From contig DBGGTD010000622.1 in NCBI GenBank assembly GCA_051162585.1, forward strand, positions 1 through 25,271: 25,271 nt of DNA, in the 5' to 3' direction. The position numbers were made by a program, and so were the translations under genes. Positions 14,878 to 22,940 of this stretch are shown piece by piece. Within the stretch, counting starts at the first letter, position 1. Each line of letters opens with the position of its first letter. Under the pieces are notes generated by a model. The model saw nothing but the letters and a program-made list of their open reading frames with translations. It did no database searches and had not been told where the DNA came from. This DNA is from Elainellaceae cyanobacterium (lineage in GTDB: Bacteria > Cyanobacteriota > Cyanobacteriia > CAZCXK01).

Positions 14878-16605
14878 TCACCATCCCAGTTCTGCTTTGG
14901 CTGATTCTGCTGCATCAATGACCACTGCGGTTGGCATGTCTTCCCAGCACGCGTCACCAATCTCTGCATAAAACGTCTCGTCGTAAGGACGAGTGCGAAC
15001 CACGACTGGCATTGGAACCGCGTGTCCTAAAATCAAGGCTTGTTGTTTGGAGTCTAATTTTGCCAAAACCGACCGCAAACTTTTGCCGCCCGACACGCCT
15101 GTGAAAATTGCGTCGATGTCCTTTTCGTCATTGAGTAAAGCCGTAATCCGCGTACCGACCTGAGACATGACCTCATTATCAATTCCTGATGGGCGCTGAT
15201 CGACCACTAATAGGGTGACAAAATATTTACGCATCTCGCGGGCGATCGTGCCAAAGATGGTCTGACGAACCGTGCTGGGATCAAGAAACCGATGGGCTTC
15301 CTCAATCGTGATGACGAGCTGATGAGGGCGATCGCTCGGATTTTTGGTCTGTAAAAACTTTTCAGCCTTGCGGACATAGCTCGCGTGAATGCGTCGTGCG
15401 ATGAGATTAGTTGCCAGCATGTACGACAGCATGTTGGACTGCGACCCAAACTCAACGACCACATGCTTACCTGCCTCTAATGATTTGAGAATCTGGCTGA
15501 CATAGTCGTGCGGGCAGCTATTGCGAATGTATTTTAAGTCATCTAAACGGGTTAGCTTACGCTGCAGTGCCATGATAGATGACTTGCTCCCCATCTTTGT
15601 TTCGCAAAATTCTTGAATGTCCTCATTGCTCATTCCTAGCAGGCGATTAATCCAAGATTTGCCAAATTCGTTGCGAAGGATGATGGCGTTTTCTAGGCTC
15701 GCTTCAGACAGATTCAGTTCTCCACGCACCAGCATCAGATCTTCAACCTCAATCTGGCTATAGCTAATGTAGAGATCTTGGGCATCTCGCACCCCGCGAC
15801 GATGGGTTGATTCTGGATCGAGCGTATAAATCTGCACCTGCCCTGGAAACAACTGCCGCAATCCCTTGACGGTACTGAAATGCTTCCCTTCACTAGCCGC
15901 TTCCCAGCCATACTCCGAATGCATGTCGAAAATTAGATTGACGGCTGCCCGTTTGCGAATAATCCCGGATAATAAAAGCCGGGTGAGAAATGATTTGCCA
16001 GTCCCTGATTTGCCAAAGATTCCGTTGCTGCGCTCCACAAACCGATCTAAGTCGAGGCAAATTGGCACATCCATATCAATAGGTTGACCAATCGAAAAAT
16101 TTCGTCGGTGGGGATCATCTTCCCACCCAAACACTGCCCGAAAGTCTCTTTCGCTAGCTTCATACACCTGACTGAAATGGCTAGGAACTGTCTTGACGGG
16201 CAGCAGTTCTATGTCTGCGCTGCTCTGAGCCTGATAGGACGCAGATGGTGACTGTCGAGACATCTGAGTCTCATCTGCCTTTTGTCGTCCATTTCTCTCT
16301 TTATTTTTATCTGGTGTGAGCATCAGCATCGGAGACAGGTCAATCGTGCCATAGGTGCCCGTACCAGCCAACACGTCTTGCAAAAACGTATTGCCGGGAT
16401 CAGGGGGATTCGCCAAGATTCGGGGACTTGCGGTTCCAAGTGATACATCCGTCAGCATACAGAAAAAGTGCGATCGCACGCCTCTGACGACCAAAAACTT
16501 TCCGACCCGCATATCTTCAACCGATACATCAGGATGCAGTCTTACTTCTAGCCCTTGACTGAGAGAACCCTGGATGACGGAACCCAATGGTCGATCTGAC
16601 TCCAT
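14878..16605 (-). CDS. HerA/FtsK-superfamily ATPase (HAS-barrel + DUF87), cyanobacterial HerA-like
   Basis: N-terminal HAS-barrel-like LGSVIQGSLSQGLEVRL..VGKFLVVRG, Walker A GKSGTGKS, Walker B ITIEEAHRF, IAREMRKY and VDQRPS motifs. GGAG SD 7 nt upstream of the ATG. Confidence 0.88.
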   Translation of the reverse strand: MESDRPLGSVIQGSLSQGLEVRLHPDVSVEDMRVGKFLVVRGVRSHFFCMLTDVSLGTASPRILANPPDPGNTFLQDVLAGTGTYGTIDLSPMLMLTPDKNKERNGRQKADETQMSRQSPSASYQAQSSADIELLPVKTVPSHFSQVYEASERDFRAVFGWEDDPHRRNFSIGQPIDMDVPICLDLDRFVERSNGIFGKSGTGKSFLTRLLLSGIIRKRAAVNLIFDMHSEYGWEAASEGKHFSTVKGLRQLFPGQVQIYTLDPESTHRRGVRDAQDLYISYSQIEVEDLMLVRGELNLSEASLENAIILRNEFGKSWINRLLGMSNEDIQEFCETKMGSKSSIMALQRKLTRLDDLKYIRNSCPHDYVSQILKSLEAGKHVVVEFGSQSNMLSYMLATNLIARRIHASYVRKAEKFLQTKNPSDRPHQLVITIEEAHRFLDPSTVRQTIFGTIAREMRKYFVTLLVVDQRPSGIDNEVMSQVGTRITALLNDEKDIDAIFTGVSGGKSLRSVLAKLDSKQQALILGHAVPMPVVVRTRPYDETFYAEIGDACWEDMPTAVVIDAAESAKAELGW

Positions 16606-16937
16606 GCAACGTCTCCAAGCCTTGAGTACACCATCTGGAATTGCTATATGAACTATTCTATTAATACACCTGTTCTGAATTTGAGCAACTAAATTGATGG
16701 ATAGCCTACACTCTCATCTCGATTTTCTTGCTAAATCTTATAAATAAGCATCTCAATAAATACGAAATAATGGGTTTACCCACGCACAGCCTAGTTTGGA
16801 GCTTCTTCTTCAGAGGTTTGCTGGTACCGTTTGCCTGTTTACTTCTCTTCGTACTGCCCGAACAGAAGTTTTCGAAAAATACGCGTGAACCACCACGATT
16901 GAATTCACTTGAAGACGGGGAACGAGAACATTGGACG

Positions 16938-17300
16938 ATGAAACTGACAGACACTGACCGTGCCGCGATTCGAGCGGTTATTGAACAACAGCTTGAAGCA
17001 TTTCAAGCGGACAATGCTAACAAGGCGTTTTCATTTGCAAGTCCGAACATTCAAAGCCAGTTTGGTTCACCAGACCATTTTATGGACATGGTGAAATCGT
17101 CATACCTCCCTGTGTATCGACCGCGTTCTGTCATGTTCGAAGGTATTAACAATATCGAAGGCAATTTAGCGCAACAGGTTATTTTGATGGGATCTGATGG
17201 CAATTTGGTCAGTGCCTATTACATGATGGAAAAGCAGTCAGATGGAGAATGGCGCATTAATGGGTGCGTTTTGATGCCCTTAGAGGGGCAAAGTATTTAA
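16938..17300 (+). CDS. DUF4864 domain protein
   Basis: AIRAVIEQQLEAFQAD...AFSFASPNIQ..FGSP..FM.MV..SY..VYRP and Y.ME.Q.DG.WRINGC are characteristic of DUF4864. ATG 16938 is preferred over the 16728 ORF start. Confidence 0.85.
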   Translation: MKLTDTDRAAIRAVIEQQLEAFQADNANKAFSFASPNIQSQFGSPDHFMDMVKSSYLPVYRPRSVMFEGINNIEGNLAQQVILMGSDGNLVSAYYMMEKQSDGEWRINGCVLMPLEGQSI

Positions 17301-17316
17301 GGAATTTGGGTGAATA

Positions 17317-17344
17317 TAAACGTTAGGCGGTAAACGCTAGGCGG
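17317..17344. repeat. 14-bp near-perfect tandem duplication spanning the folA stop codon
   Basis: TAAACGTTAGGCGG / TAAACGCTAGGCGG (1 mismatch). Confidence 0.7.
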
Positions 17345-17849
17345 TTTTAACGTACGTCTCAAACCGAAAGCCTGAGTGAATCTCATTTGAAATCAACTGG
17401 ACGCGATCGCCCACTCGTGTCTGCCAGTCTGGAAACACCGCATCGCCTGAAAATAGTCCTTCTACTATCGTGAGATCTAATTCATCTGCCAGTTCAATCG
17501 TCTGGTTATAGATAGAGGCTCCGCCGATGATATAGATGATTTGAAATGAGGCGGCGCGTTGGAGTGCTTCATCAATGGAGCCGACAAAGCACAGATTTGG
17601 ATGGGTTGGCTGAATGCTCTCGTACTCGTCAGGAGAAGAGGTGACCACAAGGTTAAACCGATTGGGGAGACTGCGCTGATTTAGCCCAAATTCCCAAGTT
17701 TTACGACCCATCACGACAGCGTGACCGATAGTGAGGCGTTTGAAGCGGTGCAGGTCTTCAGGGATTGTCCACGGGAGTGTGCCGCGATCGCCAATCACCC
17801 GATTCGCTTCTGCGATCGCCGCGATGATGATAATCTTGGGCGTGCTCAT
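17337..17849 (-). CDS. folA: Dihydrofolate reductase
   Basis: IAAIAEANRVIG...LPW.IPEDL.RFKRLT (catalytic Asp), VVMGRKTWE, YIIGGASIY and GDAVFP motifs. Confidence 0.93.
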   Translation of the reverse strand: MSTPKIIIIAAIAEANRVIGDRGTLPWTIPEDLHRFKRLTIGHAVVMGRKTWEFGLNQRSLPNRFNLVVTSSPDEYESIQPTHPNLCFVGSIDEALQRAASFQIIYIIGGASIYNQTIELADELDLTIVEGLFSGDAVFPDWQTRVGDRVQLISNEIHSGFRFETYVKTA

Positions 17850-17870
17850 ACAATTCTAAAATTCACACCA

Positions 17871-18030
17871 TCATAGAAAGTTTTGGGAATATGCCCAATC
17901 TTGAGCCTGCTGCAAAAATACTTGTACAGCCGGTGTTGCCGAATCGTGAGAGAGAATGGCTAGGGCAAGGTCGCGCTGAGGGGATGGGTCTCACTGCAAT
18001 AGATGAAGGTGGGTGAGGTCATTCGGCAGC
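17871..18030 (-). pseudogene. C-terminal remnant of a probable LysR-type regulator with in-frame stop
   Basis: The minus strand reads LPNDLTHLHLLQ*DPSPQRDLALAILSHDSATPAVQVFLQQAQDWAYSQNFL* (internal TGA at 17991-17993, final TGA at 17871-17873). The R.LALA.L....TPAV..FL pattern resembles LysR substrate-binding domain ends. Confidence 0.55.
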
Positions 18031-18033
18031 GTC

Positions 18034-18237
18034 ATTAACGTGGGTGCAACCAATACCCTGACTGTTGCGCTGCTCATCCCTATATTTGGCGTGCTTTGGG
18101 GCTTCCTATTTTTAGATGAGCCGCTCAGCATCGGCACGTTCGTTGGCTTAGCGCTCATTCTGTCTAGCATCGTTTGGGTCGCAAATCTGCGTCTCAGAGA
18201 ACGCATCTATGCGATGCTTTCATCGGGTTTACGATAA
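18034..18237 (+). pseudogene. C-terminal remnant of an EamA/DMT family transporter
   Basis: INVGATNTLTVALLIPIFGVLWGFLFLDEPLSIGTFVGLALILSSIVWV corresponds to the last TM helices of EamA proteins (P.FG.LWG..FL.EP motif). The rest of the gene and a proper start are missing. Confidence 0.8.
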
Positions 18238-18359
18238 GGGATATGCGGATTAATAACGTATCGACCGGAAGAACAAAGCATTGCGATAAAGCACTCTACC
18301 CTCAATCAGGATACGTCTCCGAAATACTTCGCTTAGCCTCATAATCAATGACCGAAACC

Positions 18360-19067
18360 TCATGCTCCACGAAGTTCGTCATATTTCGCTCGAACTGCCT
18401 GAATGTCTTGCCACATCAGCCATTTAGGGCTTCCCTTTTCCTTAGACTGATTTCGCAGCAAATAGGCGGGGTGAAAAATCGGCATACATAACCGATCCTC
18501 CCAATCCATCCATTGCCCGCGAATTTTAGTGATGCCTCGTTTGTCGCCGATGAGCCCTTTCACAGACGACGCTCCTGTCAAGAGAACGATTTTTGGATCA
18601 ACCATGCGAATCTGCTCCATCAGATATGGGCGACAAGCAGCCATTTCTTGCTGCGTCGGAGCCCGATTTCCTGGTGGGCGACATTTTACGATGTTGCAGA
18701 TGTAAACATCTTTTCCGCTATCAAATTTGACCGATTCCAGAATTTTCTCTAAGAGCTGTCCTGCTTTGCCAACAAACGGAAGCCCTGTTTCATCCTCATT
18801 CTGCCCCGGACCTTCCCCAATAATCACAATATCTGCCTGTGGATTGCCTCTACCAACCACCGCATTCGTGCGACCTGCAGCTAGTCCGCACCGTTGACAT
18901 TGGTTGCAGTGCTTCACCATCAGGTCTAGATTCTGATATGTTCCTGGCGGAATCGGCACCTTTACATCCGTCGGAATCAAATCTGGATTGATGTCTTCCG
19001 GTGAGGGAGCTTCCTCGGTAGAGCCAAATAAATCAATTTGCTGGTTATCTGCCATGAATTCGGACAT
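18360..19067 (-). CDS. Uracil-DNA glycosylase family 4 (Fe-S cluster, UdgA-type)
   Basis: C..CQRC.L, GEGPG.NED..G.PFVG.AG, NIVKCRPPGNR, C.PYL and HPAYLLRN motifs. An alternative start is ATG 19055. Confidence 0.93.
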   Translation of the reverse strand: MSEFMADNQQIDLFGSTEEAPSPEDINPDLIPTDVKVPIPPGTYQNLDLMVKHCNQCQRCGLAAGRTNAVVGRGNPQADIVIIGEGPGQNEDETGLPFVGKAGQLLEKILESVKFDSGKDVYICNIVKCRPPGNRAPTQQEMAACRPYLMEQIRMVDPKIVLLTGASSVKGLIGDKRGITKIRGQWMDWEDRLCMPIFHPAYLLRNQSKEKGSPKWLMWQDIQAVRAKYDELRGA

Positions 19068-19111
19068 AGGAGAACGGCATTAAGGACCCTGAAACGTATG
19101 AGTAATGCATA

Positions 19112-19169
19112 CCTAAAGCCTTAGGCTCTACACACGTTCGACATCCTAACGTGAGAGCGTGAGGCTATA
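19112..19169. repeat. REP/small-dispersed-repeat-like element (copy 2, lacking the central hairpin)
   Basis: 19127-19169 matches 8608-8650 at 39/43 nt and is preceded by a CCTAA-AGCC-TTAGG mini-hairpin. Confidence 0.85.
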
Positions 19170-19340
19170 GCATTTAGAATTCAACTGAGTTTTGACAGCA
19201 GAGGAATTCTCAGAGTTAATACACAGGGCACTATGGAAAAAGTGTATTTGATTCTAAATCGAATTGCTAGGCGAGGTCATCCCAATTCGCAAAAGCACAC
19301 CACCCACTAACCCAAGAATTGGAAAATATTAAATTGAAAA

Positions 19341-20549
19341 TTAGGTGTTCGATTTTGCCAAAATCCCGTGGTACGTTTGGATGGCTTGCTGAGCGATCGC
19401 CCTCCAACTGTAATGTAACTGAGCATAGAGTTGAGCATTTGCACCTTTTCGCTGCCGCTCGTCTGCATCGGATAAGGCGATTTTTAATTGATGACTAAGA
19501 GAAGACACGGTGCATTCACACACCCAACCGGCATCTCCCCGCTGCACATCAGGGAAAATATGCACCTGATCAGAAATTAATACCGGGGTTTTAGCGGCCA
19601 TGGCTTCAGCGACCGAAATCCCGAAGTTTTCATAATACGAGGGCAGCACAAATAAATCTGCACACTGGAGCAGTGCCGTTTTGCATTGCCCTGAGACAAA
19701 TCCAGCGATGGTTGTGCGTGTTGCCAAGGGAGATGACTGAATGCTGTGGCGAATAAAATCTTCATACGCCGGATCTTGGGGATTGGAACCTGCCATCACA
19801 ACCTGAAAGTCATGTCCGTCTGTGAAACATGCTTCTAAGGCAGGGATCAACAAATCGAGCCCCTTTTTGGGGTCAATGCGAGACATGTAGAGAATTAGCG
19901 GCAGATGAGGCGAAATCGAAATGCCAGCCTGAGCCAGTATCCGCTGCGGATCAGGCTGGGGCTCAGACACATAAACCCCCAACGGCATTACTAAATCGTG
20001 AGTTTTCAGCCCAAACCGTTCAGAAATGGTTGCTTCTTGCTTGCTGGTGAAATGAATGGCAGCCGCCCCAGCCATATTTGGACGTTCTAGCGCGGCTGCA
20101 TAAAGCTGTTTGAGCCGTCGTTTTTTGTGGAGGTCAGCCGGGTCGAGGGTGCCCAGGGGACGCAAAATATAGGGGAGAGCATGGGAGCGGGCGATCGCCG
20201 CCGAGAAACTGCTCACCGGAGAGAACAGCGCGTGAATATGGGCAATGTCATACTCCTTGGCGTGGCGCGTTAGCCACTGGAGAAGCCCCAGAGAAAACTT
20301 ATAGCGGCGAAACGGAGAGCAATGAAAATAGTGAATCTGGTATCCATCTTGCTCGACGGGGCGATCGAGCGGTACATCCAATGGCGCCTGCCCCGTATCC
20401 CCATTTGAGTCAGTGGTAAGAATCGTGACCTCAGCACCCTCGTCTGCAAGCGCTTGAGAAAATCCCAGCACCATTTGACTGGGTCCGCCATAGACCAAAG
20501 AAATTGACGGAACAATCTGAAGAATTTTGAGAGACGGTGTCATGCTCAA
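19341..20549 (-). CDS. hpsP: GT4 glycosyltransferase, hormogonium polysaccharide biosynthesis HpsP-like
   Basis: KILQIVPSISLVYGGPSQMV...LTTDSNGDTGQAPLDVP N-terminus, SRIDPKKGLDLL and ENFGISVAEAMA (E-X7-E). It is the last gene of the hpsL-hpsN cluster. Confidence 0.8.
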   Translation of the reverse strand: MSMTPSLKILQIVPSISLVYGGPSQMVLGFSQALADEGAEVTILTTDSNGDTGQAPLDVPLDRPVEQDGYQIHYFHCSPFRRYKFSLGLLQWLTRHAKEYDIAHIHALFSPVSSFSAAIARSHALPYILRPLGTLDPADLHKKRRLKQLYAAALERPNMAGAAAIHFTSKQEATISERFGLKTHDLVMPLGVYVSEPQPDPQRILAQAGISISPHLPLILYMSRIDPKKGLDLLIPALEACFTDGHDFQVVMAGSNPQDPAYEDFIRHSIQSSPLATRTTIAGFVSGQCKTALLQCADLFVLPSYYENFGISVAEAMAAKTPVLISDQVHIFPDVQRGDAGWVCECTVSSLSHQLKIALSDADERQRKGANAQLYAQLHYSWRAIAQQAIQTYHGILAKSNT

Positions 20550-20637
20550 TAGGTGGGCTGACCACTGCGATGTCTAAGACACTCCAACGGTGTAGAACGT
20601 TAGGTTGACTAATGTCCTACCCATACATGATTTTGGA

Positions 20638-21813
20638 CTACACCCGTAAGCATTCAAAGACAGCCTGCTCAAAGATGTTACAAAACGTTGACTCGGTATA
20701 GTCTGCGGCTCTGGTCTTCGCGGCATCGCGATATGACATAAGCTGCGCCGAATCAGTCGCCATCGCGGTCATACACTGAGCCAGATGCTCAACATTTCCA
20801 CATTCAAATACCAACCCAGCAGGAGGGTCTGCCATCCAATCTGGATAGGATCCCGTGCGATCGCTCAACAGCAGTGCCGTTCCCGAAATTGCGCCATCGA
20901 GAATGGCATAGGGCCACGGGTCCATTTGTGACGCATGCAAAAGCACATCAGCAGCTTGCAAAATCGCAGGAATCTGGCTCTGATTGCGAAAGCCAAGCCA
21001 AGTAATCTGATCGTCCACGCCTAATTGCTGACTCAGGGTTTTGAGTTCGGCTTCGAGTTGCCCTGACCCCAAAAACCAAAGTTTAATCGGCAGGTCGGTT
21101 AGCCGTGCCAAAGCACGAATGGCATCAGACGGACGCTTGCGCGGTTCTAGCTTACCCGACATCACAAATACGGTTTCATGGGCAGCGGCACCGATATCTG
21201 CGCGAAAGCGCTGCCTTGATGCATCGGTTTCAAACGCAGTCACCCGAAACACTTGAGAATCAGACACGCATGGTACCCAGACAAGCTGATGATCGTTTGC
21301 TCCGTTGCTTTCCCAAAATTCTCGATTTTGACGCCCTTGATACATCACCTTAGATGCGTTGCCCGTAATCGGACGGACGATCTGACGGCGTATCGTAGAC
21401 TTCCAGCCCGTTTTTTTGCCTATGTTATCACCATCGCAACGAATCAAGTAGGGCACCTGATGGCGGATTGCCCACCACCACCCTTGAAGCTGAATCGCAG
21501 TTGTATAGCCATTTAGATGGACGACGTGAGGCTTAAAATCATTAAGTGCCTTATCCAGATAGCGACTGCGACTGTTGAGGAGTGGCCCGTGAGGACGCTC
21601 CGCTGAATCATGTAACACATCGTTAGGAAACGAAGTTGTGTGGCGATTATCCCAGCTAATCTTGCGCCCAAACCCTTTGTCTTGAAAATTTGCCGTCTCA
21701 TGGGCATAGATAGCTTTGACTTCAACGTTCCCGCGATGATGAAGTTCCTCCAATAGATTCGTAAAATATTGAATTCGGTGGGTCAGAAGCCAGACAACGC
21801 GCGGTTTATCCAT
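20638..21813 (-). CDS. GT4 (GT-B fold) glycosyltransferase, not HpsO-like
   Basis: THRIQY..DKGFGRKISWD N-terminus, SGKLEPRKRP, GFRNQSQIP..LQAADV and DPWPYAILD (variant of E-X7-E). ATG 21813 lies 10 nt after the hpsN stop. Confidence 0.85.
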   Translation of the reverse strand: MDKPRVVWLLTHRIQYFTNLLEELHHRGNVEVKAIYAHETANFQDKGFGRKISWDNRHTTSFPNDVLHDSAERPHGPLLNSRSRYLDKALNDFKPHVVHLNGYTTAIQLQGWWWAIRHQVPYLIRCDGDNIGKKTGWKSTIRRQIVRPITGNASKVMYQGRQNREFWESNGANDHQLVWVPCVSDSQVFRVTAFETDASRQRFRADIGAAAHETVFVMSGKLEPRKRPSDAIRALARLTDLPIKLWFLGSGQLEAELKTLSQQLGVDDQITWLGFRNQSQIPAILQAADVLLHASQMDPWPYAILDGAISGTALLLSDRTGSYPDWMADPPAGLVFECGNVEHLAQCMTAMATDSAQLMSYRDAAKTRAADYTESTFCNIFEQAVFECLRV

Positions 21814-21823
21814 CTTTATCTGC

Positions 21824-22801
21824 TCACCCCTTCTTCTCCTGTCGACTATAAATCTGTCCGTCATCCCAAACGGACTGCGTCAATGTTTTTAATGTGCTCA
21901 TCAAGCCCAGAAAATAGAACGCGCCCCGGGTCAGAATTTTGATAGGCGAACCACTTTTGTGACACGGAGGACGACCCAGCACATGACAGTCAAACAGCCG
22001 TGCAGAGAGGCGCAGAAACTGCCACGGGGTGAGATTCTTAAACGCCATCAAGAAATGGTTGTGATAAAAGGTGAACTGATACTGGAGCGATCGCGTGCTG
22101 ATGTCATGACAGCCTCCGCTTTCTTCTCCCAAGTGAATCAAATAAGCATCCGGGTCATACCAGATAATATATCCAGTTTTGCGAATTCGCAGACAAAAGT
22201 CAGACTCTTCTCGCACCGCACTGCCGCGAAACCGTTCATCGAACCAAAGCCCGTGTTTCTCAAAAATCTCTCGTCGAAAGGACATATTGCACCCCCGTGC
22301 AGTCAAGACTCGTTGAGGCTTTATGGTATGCACCAAGTTGATGTAATACCACGCGATGCCAGGGTTCATGGCTTGGGGAGGGAGATATTCGATTTCTAAC
22401 CCCGGTTCAAAGTCAGATAGCTTCATGCGGTCAAACACTCGACCTGCCACGACGCCAACCTCAGAGTGGTCTTGAAAGGTGCGCGCATGAGCCGATAAAC
22501 ATCCTTCCGGCATCTGCACATCATCATCAATAAATAGAATAATGTCGCCTTCTGCATGACGCACACCATAGTTACGGGCTCCAGGTAAACTCGCCCAGTC
22601 CAAGCGAAACCAGCGGATTTTATGTTCGACGACTAATCGTTCGAGGCAGGCTTGTGTGTCAGACCTGTGAGTTTGCGTTTGGTCAATGACCAACACCTCA
22701 AAATTGGCATAGTCTTGTTTGAGAACATCAGCCAGGGTATCGCACAGCACCTGCTCTCGACCATAGGTAGGAATGATGACAGAGATTAAAGGGGAGAACA
22801 C
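21824..22801 (-). CDS. hpsN: GT2 glycosyltransferase, HpsN-like
   Basis: ISVIIPTYGRE, SLPGARNYG, ILFIDDDV (DXD), RGCNMSFRRE and FRGSAVREESDFCLR. GTG start with AAGGAG SD, directly downstream of hpsL. Confidence 0.8.
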   Translation of the reverse strand: MFSPLISVIIPTYGREQVLCDTLADVLKQDYANFEVLVIDQTQTHRSDTQACLERLVVEHKIRWFRLDWASLPGARNYGVRHAEGDIILFIDDDVQMPEGCLSAHARTFQDHSEVGVVAGRVFDRMKLSDFEPGLEIEYLPPQAMNPGIAWYYINLVHTIKPQRVLTARGCNMSFRREIFEKHGLWFDERFRGSAVREESDFCLRIRKTGYIIWYDPDAYLIHLGEESGGCHDISTRSLQYQFTFYHNHFLMAFKNLTPWQFLRLSARLFDCHVLGRPPCHKSGSPIKILTRGAFYFLGLMSTLKTLTQSVWDDGQIYSRQEKKG

Positions 22802-22940
22802 AGGCGATCGCTCCTTCTAGAGCAAAGAAAACATAGATTGAGAGAGGGAATCTATCCATGAAACCAGACTGTAACTGATCAAACGGGTCGACAGAACTGA
22901 TCCAATACTCGATACGACTCAGGACAATGCAACACTTCAT

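Noticed and set aside
14727-14969. 80-aa ORF with LPSA(L/F)C repeats
   Set aside because: It is a translation of the heptamer array and overlaps the herA 3' end.
14878-16605. Antiphage HerA system (SIR2-HerA/Nezha, DUF4297-HerA)
   Set aside because: No effector gene is adjacent and the context is housekeeping.
16603-16615. Half of a GTAGAGACGTTGCATGCAACGTCTCTAC-type cyanobacterial repeat
   Set aside because: Only one arm is present and it is explained as the herA SD plus start codon.
16728-16937. N-terminal extension or signal peptide of DUF4864
   Set aside because: The domain starts at ATG 16938, which has its own SD-like GGA. The extension has no recognisable conserved features, though it cannot be fully excluded.
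21814-21864. 41-nt overlap of hpsN with the GT4 gene
   Set aside because: It disappears when the GT4 starts at ATG 21813, which matches the domain start.
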